From an uncultured archaeon (GTDB taxonomy: Archaea > Asgardarchaeota > Heimdallarchaeia > Heimdallarchaeales > Heimdallarchaeaceae), in NCBI GenBank assembly GCA_964549075.1, contig CAZJUB010000071.1, forward strand, positions 1-13,914: a DNA stretch of 13,914 nucleotides. Reading direction: 5' to 3'. Numbering within the stretch: position 1 is the stretch's first letter; the number at the start of each line of letters is the position of its first letter. A model generated the notes under the pieces. That model ran no database searches and was not told where the DNA came from. It was given only the letters and a program-made list of their open reading frames with translations. The position numbers were made by a program, and so were the translations under genes. Of this stretch, positions 7,290-13,914 are shown in pieces.

Positions 7290-8699
7290 GTGACCAGTTT
7301 GATGGTCAATGAGGGATTCTTGACGGAAAAACGGTATAAATCATATAACCGGAGAAATATGAATAAAATTATTGATAAACATGATTTATCAGATGATTTA
7401 TTAGAAGAAATAAAAATCGCTTCTATGGTTATACCCTTCCGTACAAATGAATATGTAATAGATGAATTAATAGATTGGGAACAGGTACCAAATGATCCAA
7501 TCTTTAATTTAAACTTCCCTCAAAAATCTATGTTAAAATATAATCATTACAAGAAGCTCCAAACAGCTATTATTGAAGATTATTCCCCAAATAAAATTGA
7601 AACTATCAAAGAAGAGATATACAAAGATTTGAATCCACATCCTGGAGGGCAAATTTGTTACAATACACCAGAGATGAATGGAAGAAAATTGACAGGTATT
7701 CAACATAAATATAGAGAAACTGTCGTATGTTTTCCTAGTGAGGGACAAATGTGTCATGCATTTTGTACATATTGCTTTAGATGGGCTCAGTTTATTGGTA
7801 AAAACGATTTGAAAATGTCATTAAACAATCCTCAATTTTTAATTGATTATCTGCAAAACCATCCAGAAGTACAAGAAGTACTCTTCACTGGTGGGGATCC
7901 TCTAATCATGAAAGCAAATAAAATATCAAAGTATATTATTCCAATATTAGAAGCTGAAATTAAACACTTAAAATCAATCAGATTTGGAACTAAGACTTTA
8001 ACATATTGGCCATTTCGCTATGTCTCAGATTCTGATTCAGAAGAAATCTTGGACATTTTCAAGAAAATAGTAGATTCGAAAATTCATTTATCTATAGTTG
8101 CTAATTTTAATCATCCCAAAGAGCTAAAAACTGACATTTTAAAAGCAGCAGTAAAGAAAGTTCAGTCAACAGGTGCTATTATCAGAACTCAATCTCCAAT
8201 TCTAAATAACATAAATGCTGATAAAGAGATTTGGATAGAGTTGATAAGAAAAGAAGTAGATTTAGGTATGGTTCCTTATTATATGTTTATTCCGCGAGAT
8301 ACTGGAGCTAAAGAATATTTTGAAGTACCGCTTGTAGATGCTTTCAGAATCTATATCAAAGCAATAAGAAAATTATCAGGACTGTGTCGAACAATAAGAG
8401 GACCTGTAATGTCAACAACACCTGGTAAAATCCAAGTAGTAGGTATCACATCGATACAAAATCACAGAGTGATGGCATTAAAATTCATCCAGGGACGTAA
8501 TCCTAGATGGGTAGGTAGAATATTCTTTGCTAAATTCAATAGAAAAGCAACTTGGTTAAATGATCTTGAACCAGCTTTAGCTAAGAAATTTTTCTATGAA
8601 CACGAATTAATCAAATATCTTCATCCATATGGATCCTCTCAAATTGACAAGGTAGCTGAAAAAAATCTTGAAAGTGAGGAGATAACAGGGGAAACATAA
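7290..8699 (+). CDS. KamA-family radical SAM/PLP 2,3-aminomutase-like enzyme (true start more likely TTG 7299 or ATG 7302)
   Basis: GIQHKYRETV, CHAFCTYCFRW (C155/C159/C162, nt 7752-7775), VLFTGGDPL, IRFGTK, NFNHPKEL, TQSPIL, PYYMF and PGK (candidate PLP lysine). The AGGTGA SD at 7288-7293 includes the annotated GTG. Confidence 0.9.
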   Translation: MTSLMVNEGFLTEKRYKSYNRRNMNKIIDKHDLSDDLLEEIKIASMVIPFRTNEYVIDELIDWEQVPNDPIFNLNFPQKSMLKYNHYKKLQTAIIEDYSPNKIETIKEEIYKDLNPHPGGQICYNTPEMNGRKLTGIQHKYRETVVCFPSEGQMCHAFCTYCFRWAQFIGKNDLKMSLNNPQFLIDYLQNHPEVQEVLFTGGDPLIMKANKISKYIIPILEAEIKHLKSIRFGTKTLTYWPFRYVSDSDSEEILDIFKKIVDSKIHLSIVANFNHPKELKTDILKAAVKKVQSTGAIIRTQSPILNNINADKEIWIELIRKEVDLGMVPYYMFIPRDTGAKEYFEVPLVDAFRIYIKAIRKLSGLCRTIRGPVMSTTPGKIQVVGITSIQNHRVMALKFIQGRNPRWVGRIFFAKFNRKATWLNDLEPALAKKFFYEHELIKYLHPYGSSQIDKVAEKNLESEEITGET

Positions 8700-8779
8700 T
8701 TTAGAAAAAGATAACTAATACAACAGAGAACTTAAAAATACTTGATAAATATCTACATGAAAGGAAAATAGAAAAAAAA

Positions 8780-8805
8780 AGGTTAATTGTTGATAATATT
8801 AACCT
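8780..8805. other. Perfect 8-bp inverted repeat between the aminomutase gene and csp (terminator-like or protein-binding site)
   Basis: AGGTTAAT-N10-ATTAACCT, preceded by an A-run and followed by T-rich sequence. Confidence 0.4.
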
Positions 8806-8883
8806 AATTGTTTTGACTATTTTTTAGATACATGGATTATCACGCCTGATTTCAAAACGTGAATTAGTAACGGAGGTACTGAG

Positions 8884-9084
8884 ATGAAAGGAAAAATCAA
8901 AAAGATATTACCAATGAGAGGTTTTGGATTTATAAAAAACGAAGAAGAAGATAAAGAGCTTTATTTCCATTGGTCCAAAACAAAAGATGACTTTTATTAC
9001 TTAAAAGAAGGCGATGAAGTGATTTTTGATATTAAAGAGACAAAGAAAGGTCCTCAAGCTGTAAATGTAACAGCTATATTTTAA
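8884..9084 (+). CDS. csp: Cold-shock domain protein (CspA family)
   Basis: 66 aa with RNP1 RGFGFI, RNP2 LYFHWS, LKEGDEVIF and KGPQAVNV. SD GGAGGT upstream. Confidence 0.93.
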   Translation: MKGKIKKILPMRGFGFIKNEEEDKELYFHWSKTKDDFYYLKEGDEVIFDIKETKKGPQAVNVTAIF

Positions 9085-9210
9085 ATTAACAAAAAAGACC
9101 ACATTTTAAGATATTTTATCAATTTGTTGTAAAATTTGATAATAAAGTGAATAGAAATTTATTTTATTCGCAAAATTATTTTAAGTCAATTTTACATACA
9201 GAATGAAGGA

Positions 9211-9218
9211 TTTATAAA
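9211..9218 (+). promoter_or_regulatory. TATA box for a probable leaderless ferritin-like transcript
   Basis: Purine-rich GAAGGA followed by TTTATAAA, 22-29 nt upstream of the ATG at 9240. No SD present. Confidence 0.55.
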
Positions 9219-9239
9219 ATGATACGTTAATTTTCAACC

Positions 9240-10217
9240 ATGTCAATTAAAATTACACCAGAATATCTGGATTTATTAAATGAAGCTGTTGCAAGAGAAT
9301 TCCAAGTTTCTATTCAATATTTCTTACAACATGCTAAAATGGAAAAAATATTACGAAAAGTCAAACCTGAAAATTACCTTTTAGATAAAACAACTTATGA
9401 TGCGCTTGGTGAAGTTCTTAAGGAATTTGCTATCACCGAGATGAAACATGCTGCAACAATTATGGAAAGAATCTTTTATCTTGGAGGAGAAGCTACTACA
9501 AAATCAGGTAAACCAAAAATTGGTGAGACTTTAACAGATTTTGCAAAATTAGGCGTTGAAGCTGAAGAAGAGGCTCTGAGTTTATACCGAAAAATAATCA
9601 AAAAAGCTGGAGAATTAGAAGACTGGGAAACAAAACAGATGTTTAAAAAGATCTATAGTGAAGAAGAGGAACATTTCCTTAGATTCGAAGAATTCATTAA
9701 ACTAGATGATTCTGAACCTGACGGACCAGAACCGTTTGAATCAGAATGGACTAAAATCCTAACAGATGATTATTTCGATTTGTTAAACAAAGCTGTTGCT
9801 GCAGAAATTTCAGCAATCGTCCAGTATGTTGTCCAGCATGAGAAAGCAAGTTTCTTAGCTTTGAGAAAGAAAGATACAGCTTTAGAAGCAATACAAGACA
9901 CAAATAAAGCAAAAGTTGTAAGTGATTTATTAAAAACCATAGCCCTCACAGAGATGAAGCATCTAGAAATGATTTCTGAACGAATCTATCTGCTAGGAGG
10001 AGAATGTGTGTATAATCCTGATCCTCTACCAAAAGTAGGTGATACAGCAGACGATTTCCTTAAATTAGATCACAAAGCTGAAGACGAAGCAATTGTTTTG
10101 TACAAAAAGATAGTTGATGAAGCTGTTAAAAGAGGAGATATTCCTACTAAAAGGATATTTGAAGATATTATTATAGACGAAGACGAACATTATTGGACTT
10201 TTGATGACTTTTTCTAA
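9240..10217 (+). CDS. Tandem two-domain bacterioferritin-like protein
   Basis: Two repeats (aa ~8-153 and ~177-325), each LLNxAVAxE..QY..QH / EMKH...ERIxxLGGE / AExEAxxLY / ExEH, joined by an acidic Pro-rich linker. Confidence 0.9.
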   Translation: MSIKITPEYLDLLNEAVAREFQVSIQYFLQHAKMEKILRKVKPENYLLDKTTYDALGEVLKEFAITEMKHAATIMERIFYLGGEATTKSGKPKIGETLTDFAKLGVEAEEEALSLYRKIIKKAGELEDWETKQMFKKIYSEEEEHFLRFEEFIKLDDSEPDGPEPFESEWTKILTDDYFDLLNKAVAAEISAIVQYVVQHEKASFLALRKKDTALEAIQDTNKAKVVSDLLKTIALTEMKHLEMISERIYLLGGECVYNPDPLPKVGDTADDFLKLDHKAEDEAIVLYKKIVDEAVKRGDIPTKRIFEDIIIDEDEHYWTFDDFF

Positions 10218-10551
10218 ACTTTTTTAGATTTTTTTCTTTTTTAATCACTTCTATTTCATAATTATACGTGTCGTTCTTATTAATGCAACAAGCAATTTAC
10301 GGTATAAAACAATCATTATTATTATTAATATAAAGCAATAATATATCAAGCAAAATTATTAAAATTTAGATATTTTAATTATTATTAAAACACATTAATA
10401 GATAAATATATAAAAGTTTTAAGTAATATGTGAGTATCTAATATAACGAAGAATGCACATGAAACTCGGAATGAACAGCTACTGCGTTAAGAACTATATT
10501 AGATGTATTTGTAGGAAACTTATTCATAGTTTCACCGAACAACAGCCTTGA

Positions 10552-10585
10552 TAGGAAGATAGAAAAACCTACACCTATCTTCTTA
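10552..10585. terminator. Hairpin just downstream of surface protein paralog 2
   Basis: TAGGAAGATAG-N12-CTATCTTCTTA (11-bp arms, one mismatch), 6 nt after the minus-strand stop codon. Confidence 0.35.
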
Positions 10586-10591
10586 CCAAGA

Positions 10592-12070
10592 TTATTTTTT
10601 TCCTACTTTTCTTCTAATCCATTCAAGTGTAATTAGGCTAGCTGAGATGAATACGAGAATTGAAAGATTCCACATGAAGAATTCAGGAATGACAATTATC
10701 ACATATTCATAATATCCTGGTGCGATTTTAATAATAGGTATTAGATGTTCTCCATAGGTGTTTATTTTCCAGTACATCAATTGAAATCCATTTGCTCCAT
10801 CATTAGCTGCCCATGTCATCCACAGATTACCAGTTAAGTCTTCAATGCAATTTAAATCAGAAATTACAGGACTATAGATATAGGAACAATTTGCTAGAAA
10901 TCTAACAACTTCCCTTCCTTCTAGAATTAAATTGTTATAGAATGAATATATTGAGTAAATGAGCTTGATATCTTCCAGATTATAATAAACACCTTCTGTA
11001 TAAAAGGAATAAACATATGAATGATTACTTGAGAGTGTACCTTTTCTTATTGCTAAATCCACATCTTGGATTACACTTCCGTTATAATCTAGCTCCTTAT
11101 ATAAAATTTGATTTGTATAGTGATCAGAAAAATAATATGAGACATAGATTATTCCATTGCTAAATAATATCTCAGGATCACCAAGAATATTTTCTTCATC
11201 AAAAATAATTACTTGTGTAGAATTGTTAGTAATATTATTTCCTATGATCTGAAAACTTGTAAAATAGATGTAATCTTGGTATACATTTGAAACTACAAAT
11301 GTAGTGTTCATTTTATCACTGGCAAGAGAGAAGGTATTTCCTCTATATTCATCTCCGAGATTCAGAGTAGTCATATTAAAGCAATCTAACAGATTTCCAT
11401 TATTGTCAATATATAAGTAGAATTGTTTATCGAATAACAAATGAAACCTGTTGTAGTTATCAGCGACTGAACCTACTATACAATAATCGGAGAATACACT
11501 TGAAGATATTCCTTCGCGATTATAGGAGTAAATAATTTTCACATCTTCAATAATAGCGAGATTTGGATCAAGCTTCTTGAAAAAAAGATGACTGAACTGA
11601 TCTGAAGAAGAAACATTGTTACCAATAGTCTCTAGAACATACCAGAAGATATTGAAATTATTATCGTTATCTATAACAATGTTTACATCTGCTGTATCAT
11701 GAATATCAAAAGGTATATCTGTATAATCGAAAACAACTACCGCATCTCCTTTTAAAGAACCGTTTAGGAATATCTCCTGGATATATACTGTATCGTTATA
11801 GTCATAAACTCCAACAGTTTTGTTAAGAAAATATTCTGATTCTTTCCATGAGATATAAATCCTATTTTGATCGTTACACAATATTATAGGTTCATAGACT
11901 TTTCCTACTTCACCTATTATACTAATTTGTAGTGGTTCAATTGAAGATTGAGCATTTACTGAATTAAGAGAATTAAGAGAACTCTGAAAAGCAACTACTA
12001 AAAACAAGAAAATAATGAAACACGCTTTATTAAATACAGACTTTAAAGCCATATGAACCACATATTTCAC
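10592..12070 (-). CDS. Secreted, C-terminally anchored surface protein (paralog 2) with a PEF-CTERM-like tail; true start probably GTG 12061 or the ATG at codon 7
   Basis: Signal peptide ending ..VNA-Q. C-terminal VIPEF + TM helix + RRKVGKK. Shared blocks with paralog 1 (VYIQExxLxGSLK, TWxxNDGxNGFQxMYWKI). The annotated GTG is part of a GAGGTGA SD. Confidence 0.8.
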   Translation of the reverse strand: MKYVVHMALKSVFNKACFIIFLFLVVAFQSSLNSLNSVNAQSSIEPLQISIIGEVGKVYEPIILCNDQNRIYISWKESEYFLNKTVGVYDYNDTVYIQEIFLNGSLKGDAVVVFDYTDIPFDIHDTADVNIVIDNDNNFNIFWYVLETIGNNVSSSDQFSHLFFKKLDPNLAIIEDVKIIYSYNREGISSSVFSDYCIVGSVADNYNRFHLLFDKQFYLYIDNNGNLLDCFNMTTLNLGDEYRGNTFSLASDKMNTTFVVSNVYQDYIYFTSFQIIGNNITNNSTQVIIFDEENILGDPEILFSNGIIYVSYYFSDHYTNQILYKELDYNGSVIQDVDLAIRKGTLSSNHSYVYSFYTEGVYYNLEDIKLIYSIYSFYNNLILEGREVVRFLANCSYIYSPVISDLNCIEDLTGNLWMTWAANDGANGFQLMYWKINTYGEHLIPIIKIAPGYYEYVIIVIPEFFMWNLSILVFISASLITLEWIRRKVGKK

Positions 12071-12136
12071 CTCTTATACACTAATAAATTTTTACCTTAG
12101 AATGCAATTATACCATAAACTCATGCAAAGGTCAGA

Positions 12137-12646
12137 TCATCTAATCTGTAACTCTTTCAACCAATTGAATATCTTCTCATTCGATGAAGCAGTTGGCGAA
12201 CCATATAATACGAGACCTTGTAAAACAGTTGATTTAGAACCCATTTTACTAATATCTGTTAAACATCGTTGTTCTCCACCTCCACCATGTGTTACAAAAG
12301 GGATCAATTTCTTCTCAGATAAATCATGTTTTGAAAGAAATGAAGCAACAAGTGGAGCCATTGTACCATACCAGTTAGGAGTACCAACGAAAATTATATC
12401 ATATTGGTCAATGTTCTCAACTAGTTTTTCTATAGGAGGTTTAATTTGGTTATCGATTTCCACTTTGCTAACTTTGAGAACATCTTGATATTTTGGTGGA
12501 TATTTATTAATTTCTTCAATTTTAAAAAGATCTCAACCAACAAAGCTTTTTATCTGTTGTGCAAATTTTTCTGTATTTCCAGTGCGTGTATAGTATACTA
12601 TAAGTATTCTGGGATTATAATTCTTAGAGGTGTCAGTAGAACTCAT
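12137..12646 (-). pseudogene. Flavodoxin (Flavodoxin_4-like), full length but with one in-frame TGA at codon 38 (nonsense mutation or recoding)
   Basis: From ATG 12646: MSSTDTSKNYNPRILIVYYTRTGNTEKFAQQIKSFVG*DLFKIEEINKYPPKYQDVLKVSKVEIDNQIKPP..., continuing in frame into the track ORF (VGTPNWYGT, FVTHGGGG). TGA at 12535-12533. 170 codons in total. Confidence 0.85.
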
Positions 12647-12933
12647 CAATGGATCTATATCAATTCACCTCTTTAAAATTGATTCTGATTTAGCACTAGT
12701 GTTTTAGAAATTTAAGAAGTGAAAAAAGGATAAAATAATGTGATATAAAAGGAAATGAGAAATGAAAGTACAAAAGGAAATTTACAGGTTTGCAAATGAT
12801 CAAATCCCTCTTTAAACATATCCTCCAATGTTTTACCACTAAACTTTACAGCTTGTTTCCTCGACATGAGATGTCTAGATTTTTACTTTTTTCCCCATTT
12901 AAAGTAAAACTACAACAATACTACGATTTCTCT

Positions 12934-13491
12934 TTACTTTAACACAAAAACCACATATAAGATAATGCTGAGAATGGAAATAATAATGCCATTTATACAT
13001 ACTAAAATTCGAAGTCTAAATTTCGTGGTTTTTACTTTTTCAAGCAGAGAGTTTAATTTTTGTTGATTTGGATAAGATAAGTATAAATTCCTGATTTTTG
13101 TTAATCGAATTGAAGGGACAGGCGTAATCACTGATCCAACTCCATGAATTATTCTCGAGTATCTTGCAAATGGATTGATGAAGATAAAGATTCCGACTAC
13201 AAAAATTATAAAACCAAAAGCTAAAAATATAGCAGCAGTTATTACTCTCACATTTGAAATATCTAAAACACTTAGTAATATGAATGCAGTAATAAATGAG
13301 AGACCCAAAATTACTCCTATTAATATAAGGAGCTTGAAGATATTTAGGTAAATTGAAATCTCTGGGATATTACTTACATCTAAATTATCTTCTAAAATGA
13401 GTTTTCCATTCTTATATGTTCGTGTTTTAACCATCTTATAACGGTTGACTTCATAATATATATTTTTTTTCAATTTGATGTCACCAAACAA
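12934..13491 (-). CDS. Hypothetical membrane protein (about 3 TM helices); start may be ATG 13434
   Basis: Two adjacent hydrophobic helices, a basic loop and a C-terminal helix. No recognisable motif. Confidence 0.65.
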   Translation of the reverse strand: MFGDIKLKKNIYYEVNRYKMVKTRTYKNGKLILEDNLDVSNIPEISIYLNIFKLLILIGVILGLSFITAFILLSVLDISNVRVITAAIFLAFGFIIFVVGIFIFINPFARYSRIIHGVGSVITPVPSIRLTKIRNLYLSYPNQQKLNSLLEKVKTTKFRLRILVCINGIIISILSIILYVVFVLK

Positions 13492-13612
13492 TTATAAAGG
13501 CTAAAAACTAACAAACAAAGAGTCCTATAGAAACAAAAAACGATTTAGGATTAAAGATGGGATTAGAATTACCTTACTTGAGTTTCTTAAAGTTTCTGTA
13601 GAGAGAGAGCTT

Positions 13613-13900
13613 TTAAAGTCCATAAAATTTTCTAACTTCAGAAGGGTTCATAAGAACATTGTTACTTCCAACTCGTTTGTAATATTTATTCGTATTTGTT
13701 GTGTGCAACTGTTTTTTATCATGAGCAACAAAGACAAAAATATTGAAAATATACAACTAATCTGAGTTTTCATGGTTTTTTTCATGAGAATTTCAATGTT
13801 TTTTCACTAGTTTGAAATAGTAAAATTTAACTCTAGAGACCGTTACATTCAACTCTAAACCTTGTTGTAAGGTAACGAGTATTTTTTCACCTCCACCTTC
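13613..13900 (-). pseudogene. Decayed remnant resembling the C-terminus of an AlbA_2 (Schlafen-like) domain
   Basis: EGGGEKILVTLQQGLELNVTVSRVKFYYFKLVKKH*NSHEKNHENSD*LYIFNIFVFVAHDKKQLHTTNTNKYYKRVGSNNVLMNPSEVRKFYGL*. The H....YYxRxGxxNxxMxxxEV pattern is AlbA_2-like. Stops at 13795-13793 (TGA) and 13759-13757 (TAG). Confidence 0.5.
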
Positions 13901-13914
13901 TTATCAAGAGGACT

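Noticed and set aside
7533-7757. 74-aa - strand ORF
   Set aside because: Antisense shadow inside the KamA-family gene.
7290-8699. Assigning a specific symbol (kamA, ablA or epmB)
   Set aside because: Pocket motifs diverge and partner genes (ablB, epmA/efp, kamDE) are absent from the window, so only the family call is supported.
10218-10445. Very AT-rich tract as an origin, repeat array or CRISPR
   Set aside because: No regularly spaced direct repeats, ORB-like boxes, or nearby cas or cdc6 genes.
4501-12070. Composite transposon bounded by the two paralogs
   Set aside because: The paralogs are diverged surface proteins rather than IS copies. No transposase, integrase, terminal repeats or target duplication was seen.
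12137-12463. 108-aa flavodoxin starting at GTG 12463 as a complete gene
   Set aside because: It lacks the FMN phosphate-binding loop, which is encoded in frame upstream of the TGA.
12102-12676. 128-aa and 76-aa + strand ORFs
   Set aside because: Both are antisense to the flavodoxin frame, which carries clear family motifs.
12712-12867. 51-aa - strand ORF MSRKQAVKFSGKTLEDMFKEGFDHLQTCKFPFVLSFLISFYITLFYPFFTS
   Set aside because: The hydrophobic tail derives from a pyrimidine-rich tract, and there is no well-spaced SD or motif. It cannot be supported without homology.
1-13914. Genome-wide stop-codon reassignment (TGA=Gly/Trp or TAG=sense)
   Set aside because: The long intact genes contain no internal TGA or TAG, Trp is encoded by TGG, and TGA falls at the natural ends of the M23 and flavodoxin genes.

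Overview
AT-rich window that looks archaeal. Several genes have a TATA-like box about 22-29 nt upstream of the start codon (leaderless pattern), others have GAGGTGA/GGAGG Shine-Dalgarno sites, and two carry PEF-CTERM-like tails. An Asgard-type origin is my inference, not shown. From left to right: the 3' end of an ABC-2-type permease, an uncalled 59-aa membrane protein, a frameshifted membrane-gene remnant, a GH4 glycosidase, an M23-family peptidase, a MARF1/limkain-like NYN protein, surface protein paralog 1 and a TetR regulator. A divergent + strand block follows: structured leader, 77-aa protein with two CxxxCxxC motifs, KamA-family radical SAM/PLP aminomutase, cold-shock protein and a tandem two-domain bacterioferritin-like protein. 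The window ends with surface protein paralog 2, a flavodoxin interrupted by one in-frame TGA, a membrane protein and a decayed AlbA_2-like remnant. The strongest leads are (1) the Cys-rich protein/KamA module with its in-frame TAG junction and hairpins, (2) the single-chain double bacterioferritin lacking helix E, and (3) the TGA-interrupted flavodoxin. No rRNA, tRNA, CRISPR array or intact mobile element was seen. All family calls come from motif recognition by eye; no searches were run.
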